Shown here piece by piece: positions 10,222-19,743 of a DNA stretch of 64,000 nucleotides (positions within the stretch are counted from its first letter, which is position 1; every line of letters begins with the position of its first letter). The notes beneath the pieces were generated by a model. That model worked only from the letters and a program-made list of their open reading frames with translations. It ran no database searches and was not told the DNA's origin. Position numbers and translations under genes: made by a program. The stretch comes from an uncultured Chlamydiae bacterium. Its GTDB lineage: Bacteria > Chlamydiota > Chlamydiia > Chlamydiales > JAJFMB01. The stretch spans positions 384,001 to 448,000 of the forward strand of contig CAVOJR010000001.1 of NCBI GenBank assembly GCA_963696295.1, in the 5' to 3' direction.

Positions 10222-11868
10222 ATGAAAACTTTATATAAAATCTGTTTCTTCTTCGCCCTTCTCATCACCTCTTTGCACGCTGCTGAAAGCGATTATTTAT
10301 TTTCGTTCGGAACCTCTAATCAGGGAAACGGCCAATTTTCTCAGCCTGACGGAGTCGCTGTTTATGGGGAGGAAGTTTTTGTGGCCGACTCGGGCAATGA
10401 CCGTGTGCAAGTCTTCGATAAGGCCGGTAATTTCTTGCGGAAATGGGGAGAAAACGGGAATAAGGCAGGGCAATTTTCAAATCCGGGGGATATCGCTGTC
10501 TACGAAGGGGAAGTCTTTGTCGTAGACCAAAACAATAACCGGGTCCAAGTATTTGATACCTCGGGAAACTTCTTGCGTCAATGGACCAGAGACTTTTTTG
10601 GCGAATTCAGACCGGCCGGCATGGCGGTGTTCGAAGGTGAAGTTTATATTACAGATACTCTCAATGATGGTATCCACGTCTTCGACACTAAAGGGACTTT
10701 TTTAAGATATTGGTCCGCCATAGAACCCTCCTCTATTGTGGTTAATAAATATCACGTGTGCGTCTCTTCCAAAGATAGTTTTATGATGATTTTTGACCGC
10801 AAGGGAAGGCTTATAAGAGAGTGGAATAATGAGGATGACGATTTATTTCGCAGGTCGCCAAACCACATCACTTTTTATCAGGGACGGATTTATGCCTGTG
10901 ACGAGTACGACAGCCGAATTCTATGTTACAACTTGGATGGAAAACTTAAAAAAACTTTTGAAATCAAAGGGCATCCGATTGGGATCACCATCCGGCAGGA
11001 TGAAATTTTCGTGACAAGCGAGGATCAGGTTTTTGTCTATAATTTGGAGGGCCATTTCTTGCGGAAATGGGGAACTTCTAAAACAAAAGAGGGGGAACTT
11101 AACAGGCCAACAAACATAGCCGTAGAGGGGGAAGAAGTTTATGTCCTCGACACAGGCAATCATCGCGTGCAAGTTTTCGATCAATTGGGCAATTTCTTGA
11201 GAAAGTGGGGCGCTAAGGGAGAAGAGGAAGGGGAATTTGATTTTCCCTTTGGGATAGCCGTAGAGAAAAGCAAGGTGTTCATCGCCGATACGTTCAACAA
11301 CCGCATACAAGTATTCGATAAAATGGGCAATTTCGTGACTCAATGGGGCGAGGAAGGAGATGACGAGGGGGAATTTGACTTCCCGGTATCCATTGCCGTC
11401 GATCAAGGCGAAGTCTATGTGGCGGATGTAGAAAATAAACGCATTCAAGTCTTCAATCAATCAGGCAAATTTTTGCGCGAATGGGAAGTTATCTGCGAGG
11501 GTATAAGATCCATCGCCGTTCACGCAGGCAGGGTATATCTCACAGACGTAGAAAGCCACCTGATCAAGATCTATGACACGAGCGGGGATCTTCTGGATGA
11601 ATTCCTGCATGATAATTTCTTCCCCTGGGGTCTCGCTGTGCACCAGGAGTCTCTTTTTGCGATAGATGCTGATACGGTGCAAATACTGGATCTTTCGGGA
11701 AATCTGGCTGGAAAATTGGAAAATAAGGAGGTCATTGGAAATCCTTATGGCTTAGCCGTGAATGACCATTTGATCTATATCACTGACACCAAAAAGGATA
11801 AAGTGCATGTCTTTTCTAATCCGTCCGGCCAAGCCCCTTTATGCGGCTTTTTTCAAACATCCAAATGA
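10222..11868 (+). CDS. Secreted NHL-repeat beta-propeller protein
   Basis: Signal peptide MKTLYKICFFFALLITSLHA; repeated DxxNxRVQVFDxxGNFLRKWG / PxGIAV units. Confidence 0.9.
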   Translation: MKTLYKICFFFALLITSLHAAESDYLFSFGTSNQGNGQFSQPDGVAVYGEEVFVADSGNDRVQVFDKAGNFLRKWGENGNKAGQFSNPGDIAVYEGEVFVVDQNNNRVQVFDTSGNFLRQWTRDFFGEFRPAGMAVFEGEVYITDTLNDGIHVFDTKGTFLRYWSAIEPSSIVVNKYHVCVSSKDSFMMIFDRKGRLIREWNNEDDDLFRRSPNHITFYQGRIYACDEYDSRILCYNLDGKLKKTFEIKGHPIGITIRQDEIFVTSEDQVFVYNLEGHFLRKWGTSKTKEGELNRPTNIAVEGEEVYVLDTGNHRVQVFDQLGNFLRKWGAKGEEEGEFDFPFGIAVEKSKVFIADTFNNRIQVFDKMGNFVTQWGEEGDDEGEFDFPVSIAVDQGEVYVADVENKRIQVFNQSGKFLREWEVICEGIRSIAVHAGRVYLTDVESHLIKIYDTSGDLLDEFLHDNFFPWGLAVHQESLFAIDADTVQILDLSGNLAGKLENKEVIGNPYGLAVNDHLIYITDTKKDKVHVFSNPSGQAPLCGFFQTSK

Positions 11869-12598
11869 AAAATAGAATGGCTAAGGTGAGATAGATCAGA
11901 TTCAACAGAAGGCTATAGCAAAGATAGGATACAGGAAGGGGTGAGCCGCTTAACAACTTTCTCATCCCTTCAAAGACATAAGTCGTGGGCAGACACCAGG
12001 AAACCTTCTGCGCCCAAGGAGGAAGGATTTCCACCGGATAGAAAACGGCGCTAAACGGGGCGAATAAAAAGCCCATCGTCCAGGCCAGCATTTCCACCTG
12101 GTGCCCGAAATAGATGATGAACCCGGAGGAGGTAAAGCCAAGCGCCCACCCGAAGATAAGCAACAGGGCGGCAAAGGGGAGGAATACCCATCCGATGGCA
12201 AAGATATTCAATGAGTAAAGAACCCACACCATCAAGGTTCCAAAGGCGATCGTCACGGCTAATTTACCTAAGCAAAGCAGGATCACTCCCCCAATCCATT
12301 CGGAAATTTTCACAGGTGTCGAGAAGAGGTTGACCAGATTGCGGTGCCAAAATTCCTGGAGGATGTTGATCGAGATATCCATCGAGCCGCGCAGCGCAAT
12401 CTGCCAAAAAATAAGCGCTGTCATCAAAACCAGCGGAAGATTGGAAATGTGACTTTGATTTGTTATCCAGATGGAAGTTAAACCCCACAACAGAATGTCA
12501 ATCAGGGGCCAATAAAAAAGGTCTGCCAGCTGGATGGGTCCTTTCAACAGGTTGTAATAATACCGTAAAAATACCCCTTTTATTCTGCTTAGTTTCAT
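11816..12598 (-). CDS. ABC-2 type transporter permease
   Basis: Six hydrophobic segments, FSAVFYPVEILPPW motif; ATGA-coupled to the ATPase. Confidence 0.9.
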   Translation of the reverse strand: MKLSRIKGVFLRYYYNLLKGPIQLADLFYWPLIDILLWGLTSIWITNQSHISNLPLVLMTALIFWQIALRGSMDISINILQEFWHRNLVNLFSTPVKISEWIGGVILLCLGKLAVTIAFGTLMVWVLYSLNIFAIGWVFLPFAALLLIFGWALGFTSSGFIIYFGHQVEMLAWTMGFLFAPFSAVFYPVEILPPWAQKVSWCLPTTYVFEGMRKLLSGSPLPVSYLCYSLLLNLIYLTLAILFFIWMFEKSRIKGLGRTD

Positions 12599-13527
12599 GC
12601 GTTCTTCTTGGCGATTTGGAGGAAAAAGTTCTCTAAAGAGGGTTCCTCGATTTTTATGGAAGCGTAATTGACGTTATTTTGACTGAGAGCGTGTAAAAAT
12701 TCAGGAATCACCTCTTCGTCTATCAAAATTTCGACCATCCTGTGATCGACGGTAGAGGGGAGTTTCCTCTCCTTAGCCAGGGCGACGGTCCTCTTCAATC
12801 CGTCGGTTATGAGCAATCGGATACTATATGTAGAGACGCTTTTCGCCAGATTTTTGGGAATATCATCCGCTATGATTTTGCCCTTCTTTAAAAAGATGGC
12901 GCGATCGCACACTTCCATCACCTCTTCCATTTTGTGGGAAGTGAAGAGGATCGACACTCCCCTTTTATCTCTTTGCTCCAAAAGAAAGGAGCAGATATCG
13001 CGGGCGATGTCGGGATCAAGCGAGGCGGTGGGCTCATCCAGAAGAATGATTTTCGGCAGCGTGAAGAAGGCTTTAACCAGCATCAGGCGGGTCGCTTGCC
13101 CGGCTGACAGGGAGGTCACCTGATGGTGTTTTTTCTCCCCAATGCCGAAGCGCTCAAGGAGGGGTTCATAGCTTTTCCGGCTCTCATGCTTATTCATCCC
13201 GTAAAGATAGCCGAACACTTCGAGATTCTCGGCAATCGACAACAACCCGGGCAGGCTGGTGTAGGTGCTCGCAAAAGAGACATGCTGCAGAACTTCGGAG
13301 CGATGCCGAAAAAAATCTTTGCCAAAGTAGGTAATGCTCCCGGAGGTTGCCGTCAAGGTTCCCAGCAGCATTTGAATCGTGGTCGTCTTTCCCGATCCAT
13401 TGGGCCCAAGAAGCCCTAAGATCTCCCCCTCTTTCAAATCAAAGGAAATATCATCTACGGCAATGCAGGGAGTCTTGCCGGCATACGCCTTCCTCAAGTT
13501 TCGAATAGATAAGACAGGTGGTTTCAT
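12595..13527 (-). CDS. ABC transporter ATP-binding protein
   Basis: GPNGSGKTT, LSAGQ, ILLDEPT, TSH. Confidence 0.95.
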   Translation of the reverse strand: MKPPVLSIRNLRKAYAGKTPCIAVDDISFDLKEGEILGLLGPNGSGKTTTIQMLLGTLTATSGSITYFGKDFFRHRSEVLQHVSFASTYTSLPGLLSIAENLEVFGYLYGMNKHESRKSYEPLLERFGIGEKKHHQVTSLSAGQATRLMLVKAFFTLPKIILLDEPTASLDPDIARDICSFLLEQRDKRGVSILFTSHKMEEVMEVCDRAIFLKKGKIIADDIPKNLAKSVSTYSIRLLITDGLKRTVALAKERKLPSTVDHRMVEILIDEEVIPEFLHALSQNNVNYASIKIEEPSLENFFLQIAKKNA

Positions 13528-13625
13528 GATTGTGAGATATTTTACGAAAAGGGTTCCATAATATTCAATCTTTATTTCATGCTCTCAGCGTAATAAATTT
13601 CGAAGGATTGAGTGTTCAGGAAGCC

Positions 13626-15236
13626 TCAATCGGAAGGTGAGTTCATAAATTTTACAAAGTCGAGTAAGGCCTCGCTCGCAGAAACACGCTCTTCCGGATC
13701 GACTCTCAGCATTTTAGAAATAAGCCCCCAAAGGGAAGCATAGTCGGGGGTTTTTACTTTCCAGGCAGCGATATCCCCGTCGATGGAATCTTGCTGAAGG
13801 TCGGATAAATGACCATCATAAAAGCCTCCTTTTGAACCTTTTAAAAAAAGATCATTAATAGACTGTAATGGAGGAGTAATTATTCCAACAATTCGATCTT
13901 TTTTTGATATTTGAACAACATCTATTCTTCCAGTGAGAAGAGACGTGAAAATAAGTCCCAATGCCCATACATCCCTTTTTTGACCGATGGGAGGGAGTTT
14001 TTTCTTAAATTCATCACTCACAGCAATAGGAGGAGTACCGGGGCCGTTAGGATAAACCTGGCCTCGCAATTTCACCTCTGCAGGCGAAAGATACCCGATC
14101 GTCCCATTTCCAGGAGCAAAATTTCCCGAAACCCCAAAATCGATAAGCACAGCTTCCCATTTCCCCTCTGACTTCCGCAATAGAATATTGGAAAGATTGA
14201 TATCTAAATGGGTGGCTTTAGGAAAGGTTCTTGTTGTAATACCTTCTAAATCAATTGTGACTTCAGTTGGCGTAAAGGCATGGAGCGCGGAAAGACCCGT
14301 CAGCAGCTGCTGCATGATGGAGAGCACATCTTCCTTTTTTTTTATATGCCCCAAGAGATTTCGAAGGGTTCCTTCAAAAACCGGCTCAATGATATGATCG
14401 CTTTTAAATCCCGGATCTTTTGATAAAATATCCTGCACCGGTTCGATACCGGGCACCGGATTTTTTTTAAAATGGAGCAAAACAAGTTTTTCGATAGAGT
14501 TGGAAAGACATTTCTTTCGGACTGAGAATTCCCCGGTCATAAGGTCGTAACACCTTTTCACCTTTCTTTCCCCCCCTTTGGCAATGATCTCTTTGCTCCA
14601 TAACATAATCCGGCTCAATCTCCTGGGAGATTCCCTAATCACTTTGACAGTAATGGGAACATCAAACTCATTTTTAAGAGTAGTGTTATGAAACAGTTGT
14701 AATTTACGCTTAGTTCCCCCCTCTGATTTGACTTTGCTGCATATAAGAGTATGATTGTCCCCTTCTTCTCCAAAAGCTAATGGAACAACCTCGGAAAGGG
14801 CTTTTTCAAGGAAAGTTTTTTGACTATCAGTAAGACCGAGTTTGGCAGCATCAGCCGGCCATTTCATGGGTAATGGGGGAAGCAGACTATCAAAATCACA
14901 CGAGCCGACCTCATATTTGTAATTAGTTTTTTTCAGTAAAGGTTCGTAAAATTTTTTCTTAAAGCCTTCAAGAGAGGCATCGTCCAGAAATTCTTTATTA
15001 GCTTTGAAATAGGAAAAAAGGCTCTTGGCCACATTATTGACACGCACATGGCTGTATAGATCAATGCCAATTAGAGCAAGAAAGGGGCGGAACAGGCAAA
15101 GCAGCCTCCACTTAAAGCCCCCTTTTTGGACCACCTCCAGACGGTCGTTAATGAGTTGGCGCTGGTTAAGAGCGTTTTCGAACCCTGTTATCTTTCTTAA
15201 AAAATCATCTTTATTTTTTTCGGCAGAAAAAATCAC
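13626..15236 (-). CDS. Hanks-type Ser/Thr protein kinase, putative effector
   Basis: AKGGERKV, HLDINLSNIL, DFG, GTIGYLSPAE, DVWALG, PEERVSA; GTG start overlaps the upstream TGA (start uncertain). Confidence 0.85.
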   Translation of the reverse strand: MIFSAEKNKDDFLRKITGFENALNQRQLINDRLEVVQKGGFKWRLLCLFRPFLALIGIDLYSHVRVNNVAKSLFSYFKANKEFLDDASLEGFKKKFYEPLLKKTNYKYEVGSCDFDSLLPPLPMKWPADAAKLGLTDSQKTFLEKALSEVVPLAFGEEGDNHTLICSKVKSEGGTKRKLQLFHNTTLKNEFDVPITVKVIRESPRRLSRIMLWSKEIIAKGGERKVKRCYDLMTGEFSVRKKCLSNSIEKLVLLHFKKNPVPGIEPVQDILSKDPGFKSDHIIEPVFEGTLRNLLGHIKKKEDVLSIMQQLLTGLSALHAFTPTEVTIDLEGITTRTFPKATHLDINLSNILLRKSEGKWEAVLIDFGVSGNFAPGNGTIGYLSPAEVKLRGQVYPNGPGTPPIAVSDEFKKKLPPIGQKRDVWALGLIFTSLLTGRIDVVQISKKDRIVGIITPPLQSINDLFLKGSKGGFYDGHLSDLQQDSIDGDIAAWKVKTPDYASLWGLISKMLRVDPEERVSASEALLDFVKFMNSPSD

Positions 15237-15910
15237 GACAACCCCCCGCCGCCGTAGTAGTAATAGCGGCAACTCTCATAATAACTTTCCAGCACGCTCT
15301 GTTTGAACGTGGCATAAAGCAGGGAAATATGGGGGTAAAATTCTTTTCTCTTTTCTAAGACAAAGGCTCTCATCTGCTGCGCCTTTAGATAATTGTCATT
15401 TTGGAAGCTCCGCATAGGACTTGCAAAGTTATTGTCCGGCTGAGAGAGAATTTCCAGCCCTTCAGTGACATCTATCCAGCCGAAGAGGAATAGGGCGTCA
15501 TATAAACCCCAAACTTCGTGCACTAAAGTTTTACCCGTCAAATCGTCCACCTTCATTTTCAACAGGCTGACAACTTCCTGTTGCGAGAAATTTTCGAGTC
15601 TCCACTGCAGAGTCCGGCATATAAAACAATATCCTTCTATCAAATCCTCGCTTATATAAGGGGAGGAATTCCGGCTCGGAGAGGGTAAACCTCTGTCCCG
15701 AAAAAATTGGTCATTTGTCAGTTCGTATATTTTGTTGTTTTTCCACTTCCCCAGCTCTTTCCATCCAGCGGTAATTAATTCGCTGATTTCTCTGTTACTG
15801 AAATTTTCAAGCAAGGGCCTGAGCGACCCTTCCGCTCCAACGACATCTTTAGCCGATAGGGGAAAATAATCAGTTCCGTAAGGATGGACGAGGAGCTCCT
15901 TGAGAACCAT
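15233..15910 (-). CDS. Hypothetical protein
   Basis: 225-aa ORF co-oriented with and coupled to the kinase; no recognised motif. Confidence 0.55.
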   Translation of the reverse strand: MVLKELLVHPYGTDYFPLSAKDVVGAEGSLRPLLENFSNREISELITAGWKELGKWKNNKIYELTNDQFFRDRGLPSPSRNSSPYISEDLIEGYCFICRTLQWRLENFSQQEVVSLLKMKVDDLTGKTLVHEVWGLYDALFLFGWIDVTEGLEILSQPDNNFASPMRSFQNDNYLKAQQMRAFVLEKRKEFYPHISLLYATFKQSVLESYYESCRYYYYGGGGLS

Positions 15911-15958
15911 AAAACCCCATTAAATTAACCCGGAGGAGGGCATAATAATAGTGTTCAA

Positions 15959-16495
15959 TTAAAAACTCAACGGTATTTTCAACTTCATTAAGGACAGCGT
16001 AACGGGGCGTTTTAATGCGTCCTCCGAGGCGATGTTTTTATGGAATTCAAAACCGCATTTTTGGAACATCCTTTTCGAGGCGCTGTTGCGCTCATCGGGG
16101 TCGGCAAAACACCAGGAATATTTGGGCCAGATCTCTTTTTCAAGAAATGCTAAGACGATTTGGGAGCCGAGCCCCTTCCCTATCATTTCCGCCTCGCCTA
16201 GAAAAAGATCCAGACCCGCCGCCGTTTTGCTGACCTCCTCCCTGATCTCCTGATCCGGCCAGGGGTGCTCCTCTATGGGGCAGTATTGAATGTACCCGAC
16301 CGGTTTTTTTCCCATATAAATGATAAAGGCGAACACGCTCCTTTCTTTCTCGAGGACGGGCTGGAGCTTTTTCAGGACCTCCTCTTCGCTCCATTCGCGC
16401 AAGGAAAAAAAGGCCTGCACATGGGGCGTATTGAACCAGCGGTGGATCAAGGGGATATCCTCATAGGTTATGGGGTGGAAAGTAAACTTTTTCAT
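15959..16495 (-). CDS. GNAT acetyltransferase, AAC(6')-like
   Basis: WFNTPHV, VGYIQY, LDLFLGE, GKGLGS, DPDERN...FQKCGF. Confidence 0.85.
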   Translation of the reverse strand: MKKFTFHPITYEDIPLIHRWFNTPHVQAFFSLREWSEEEVLKKLQPVLEKERSVFAFIIYMGKKPVGYIQYCPIEEHPWPDQEIREEVSKTAAGLDLFLGEAEMIGKGLGSQIVLAFLEKEIWPKYSWCFADPDERNSASKRMFQKCGFEFHKNIASEDALKRPVTLSLMKLKIPLSF

Positions 16496-16539
16496 GTTTA
16501 TGATATTACCAAAATTGGAAAATTTGATATACTATTAAT

Positions 16540-17355
16540 ATGCTAAACTGGAATGAGATAATTAAAAATTATATTATTAAACACTCCAACCGGATAAGTA
16601 AAACCACGCGCCCATTGCACGATCACTTCGGCATAGCCTATTTCACCTATCACCGCATCGACAACGCCGGGAAATACACCGTCCTGGTAGACCGCCCCAA
16701 CTGGGCGGAATACTATGTGGGCGCCGAGATTTTTCGGATCGACCCCTACTTGAAGCACCCCTCGGTCTATCAAGCCGGCATGAGTCTTTTCGACAGCCAT
16801 GGCTCGAAGGAATATAAAGAAAATGTGACAAAAGCGGGAAAAGAGGTACTCGATGTCGATCTTGGAGCAATCCTTATTCAAAAAAACAATCAATGTGTGG
16901 AGTTTTTTGGATTCTCTGCCAATAAAGAGAGAAGCTCGCTGCAAAACCTCTTCCTCAACCATTCCCATCTCTTAAAATCGTTCGCCCAGCATTTCAAAAA
17001 TGAGCTTGGCAGCGTGCTGAATCAGATGGAACAGGAGGCCGCCTCGCTGCTCGACCTGGGGACGGACTTCAATAATCCTGATCCCATCGCACCCGACATC
17101 TCCTCCGACGTCCGCCTGGCTTATTATAAAGACTTAGGAATGATAAGCGGCGCGGAAAAGCTCTCCCCAAGAGAGCGGGAATGCCTGAAATTGCTCATCG
17201 AAGAGAAATCGGCCAAAGAGACCGCCGTTGCCCTTGGTTTAAAGCCGAGGACTGTGGAATTTTATTTTGAAAACATCAAAGACAAACTCACCTGCTGGAG
17301 CAAGCAGGAAGTACTAAAAATTGCCCGAAATTGGAATGAACTAGGGCTTCTCTAA
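16540..17355 (+). CDS. LuxR-family transcriptional regulator
   Basis: C-terminal LSPRERECL...SAKETAVALGLKPRTVEFYFENIKDKL; N-terminal ligand-binding-like domain. Confidence 0.9.
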   Translation: MLNWNEIIKNYIIKHSNRISKTTRPLHDHFGIAYFTYHRIDNAGKYTVLVDRPNWAEYYVGAEIFRIDPYLKHPSVYQAGMSLFDSHGSKEYKENVTKAGKEVLDVDLGAILIQKNNQCVEFFGFSANKERSSLQNLFLNHSHLLKSFAQHFKNELGSVLNQMEQEAASLLDLGTDFNNPDPIAPDISSDVRLAYYKDLGMISGAEKLSPRERECLKLLIEEKSAKETAVALGLKPRTVEFYFENIKDKLTCWSKQEVLKIARNWNELGLL

Positions 17356-17549
17356 CTCGTTTGGTCAGATTTCAAACTTTTGTTTGTTTTTACCGCTGCC
17401 CTGTGCTGGTCGCCCAGCTCGATTGCTTTGGCTAATTGGGATTGATAAACATTGGTAACACGGTTTGCATAGTCGGCTTTGCTATATTGACCCGTATCCA
17501 TTTTAGGAACAGCAGACTCACGGGCTATTAATCCTCTCAAGGCTTCCAT
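17352..17549 (-). CDS. Small hypothetical protein, paralog of 17615-17839
   Basis: MEALRGL...GQYSKADY...QLAKAIELGDQ; GAGG RBS. Confidence 0.65.
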   Translation of the reverse strand: MEALRGLIARESAVPKMDTGQYSKADYANRVTNVYQSQLAKAIELGDQHRAAVKTNKSLKSDQTS

Positions 17550-17614
17550 ATCCGAACCCTCTAGTTGTGATTCGGAAATATGATAAAGCATCCCCCTAGT
17601 TAATGCAAGAAGAA

Positions 17615-17839
17615 TCAGTTTAAAAGTAAATTAACCTTACAGTGGCAAGCATTTGCAATATTTTGTTTTTGTTTATTCATTTGCCTGGTGGCTTCTATGT
17701 TTTGGTCTCCTAAAAGAATGGCTTTTCCTATTTGTTCTGCTCTTTGATTTACGAGTTGCTTTTGGTACTCATCCTTAGAATATTGACCTGAAAAATGTGT
17801 CGGCGGTTCTGAATCTACTAAACCTCTAATGGCGTCCAT
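17615..17839 (-). CDS. Small hypothetical protein, paralog of 17352-17549
   Basis: MDAIRGL...GQYSKDEY...QIGKAILLGDQ; AAGGA RBS. Confidence 0.65.
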   Translation of the reverse strand: MDAIRGLVDSEPPTHFSGQYSKDEYQKQLVNQRAEQIGKAILLGDQNIEATRQMNKQKQNIANACHCKVNLLLN

Positions 17840-17909
17840 GTTTTTTCTTCCTTAATTTTTAAAGGGATGGTTTGAGCAAGATACTGTTGATATCCCATGC
17901 TGTTTGCTC

Positions 17910-19637
17910 TTAATAACTCTTTACATTATAATCTTCTTCCATGGCTATCTGGACCAATTCTTTGGTAAACTGAAAAACATCGGTAATCGATCCCGGATAA
18001 TGAATCATCGTCGATATGGCAAGGGATGCTAATTCAGGGCCGCATTCTTTAATGGTTTGAATACATTTTTTTCTTCTGGCGGGATCGTTTCTATATTCCT
18101 CATCCGCCCATCCGATAAGAGAACGAAGTTGTTGAGGAGGAAGGACTTTTCCTTTAGCGGCAACATCTTCGAACAGCTCCACCACATTCTGCGGCTTATG
18201 TCCCAAAAGCAACTCTAAATTGGAATCGGACACATCCATAGGATGAGCCATTTGACTCTCCACTCCCCTGTAAGCATAATTAGTGGCATGTCCAATATTG
18301 ATAGTATCGCAAATTTTTTCTGTTATTTTCAGCGGAAGAACAAAGGGGCGTGGCTGATTTCCATAAGCTTTAGTCATCGCTTCTGTCAATTCGGCGGAAT
18401 TGGTCATGTGCCCAACAGCTGTTACAACAAATTTTCCATCGACACAAGCTGAGAAAGCTTCTCCAATATCATTAGATGAGGTGACGGGCAGCGGGATATT
18501 CCCGCCCCCTAAAGGCTGAATGGGGAGAAAAGCTGTGAAGGCAAGGCCGAAGGCTGTTGATTTACGAGTAGGAGCTCCGGGGCCGTCAATATAAGGCACT
18601 CTGATGAGGGTGCAATTGGTCGGCCCATATTGCAGCACTCTTTTTTCTTCTTCCTTTTTGAACTTTGCATAAATATCATCGGGAAGCATATCGACAACGG
18701 GGGAAGAAGCCGCATTCAATTGTATTCTTATGCCCATTTTATTTCCCTGGGTAGTTTCAAATTGGGCAGCCGCTTTGGCAATCATTTCACTCCGGTTAAG
18801 AGCTTTATCATAAGCTTCCTTGCAATTTTGCTGTACGGGTACGCCTAACAGGTTGTTAAATTGAACCTCTTTTTTCCCGGTTGAAACTTTTGTTATTAAA
18901 TTGACCCACTCATCTTGGCTGGTTGGAGTTAAGACATAATGGAGGCGTTCTAACTGCTTGGGTGTCAATTTTTTGATTATCTCAGCCATTTCAGGCGTGT
19001 CATAAGGGTTTTCCTTTCTTGAAGTAAAAGTCACATCAAAACCGCTTTTCAGGGCCTGAATGATACTATAATAGGCAATGTCTCCCGTTCCCCCTGCAAT
19101 GAGGACAGCCACTTCTTCTGGATGGTTAACATAGTGGTTTTGATGAATGACAGCAGAGGAAGCCGATCCATCCGGAAGCTTGGAAACAACGGCAACATCT
19201 TTTTCAGGTTTGAGCTCTACAGGTTTAATCTCCTCTTCATAGATATCAATTATTTGAGCTATCCCTTTATGCCTGGCATTAGAATTGGCATAGTCATGGG
19301 CAAGGGCTGCGGCGCCTAAAAGACCCACTCCAGCGGCCGCTTTGGTCCCGGTACCGGCGCCCTTCCCCGATTGTTTGGGGTTGGGGAGTCCTGTAGGGAA
19401 TTTGACTTGCGGTTTAATAAGCTCGAGCTCTTTTATTCTGAAATTGAAGGGGCGGGCTTGTGGTATACTGAGAGGTGTAGCGTGGAAATTTCGGGCGCTG
19501 TTTTCGAAGAGAGTGGTTTTGGCAACCTTGCCCGTATTGGTTATTGTTCTGGGAACCCCTTTTGTTAGGCCGTTTCTAAGGGCGTAGCCCATGGTGACCA
19601 TTATTCTTTCTGCCGGACCTCTGATAATATTTAACAT
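17910..19637 (-). CDS. Atypical SDR/NAD(P)-binding protein with long N-terminal extension
   Basis: VLIAGGTGDIA Rossmann motif, YAKFK (YxxxK), TLIRVPYIDG. Confidence 0.65.
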   Translation of the reverse strand: MLNIIRGPAERIMVTMGYALRNGLTKGVPRTITNTGKVAKTTLFENSARNFHATPLSIPQARPFNFRIKELELIKPQVKFPTGLPNPKQSGKGAGTGTKAAAGVGLLGAAALAHDYANSNARHKGIAQIIDIYEEEIKPVELKPEKDVAVVSKLPDGSASSAVIHQNHYVNHPEEVAVLIAGGTGDIAYYSIIQALKSGFDVTFTSRKENPYDTPEMAEIIKKLTPKQLERLHYVLTPTSQDEWVNLITKVSTGKKEVQFNNLLGVPVQQNCKEAYDKALNRSEMIAKAAAQFETTQGNKMGIRIQLNAASSPVVDMLPDDIYAKFKKEEEKRVLQYGPTNCTLIRVPYIDGPGAPTRKSTAFGLAFTAFLPIQPLGGGNIPLPVTSSNDIGEAFSACVDGKFVVTAVGHMTNSAELTEAMTKAYGNQPRPFVLPLKITEKICDTINIGHATNYAYRGVESQMAHPMDVSDSNLELLLGHKPQNVVELFEDVAAKGKVLPPQQLRSLIGWADEEYRNDPARRKKCIQTIKECGPELASLAISTMIHYPGSITDVFQFTKELVQIAMEEDYNVKSY

Positions 19638-19743
19638 ATAATCTCATTAATTACTTACATACATTATACAAATTAATCATTAGCAAAAAAACAATACTAG
19701 ATTAATTTATAATAAAGATATTAAAGTAATTAATGAGGGGTGG

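Noticed and set aside
11816..11868. 53-bp convergent overlap as antisense regulation
   Set aside because: Short convergent overlaps occur repeatedly in this window and fit ordinary compaction.
15233..15280. Phase variation at a G6 tract that would give the kinase an MRVAAITTTAAG start
   Set aside because: The tract is short, and a GTG start overlapping the upstream TGA explains the gene without slippage.
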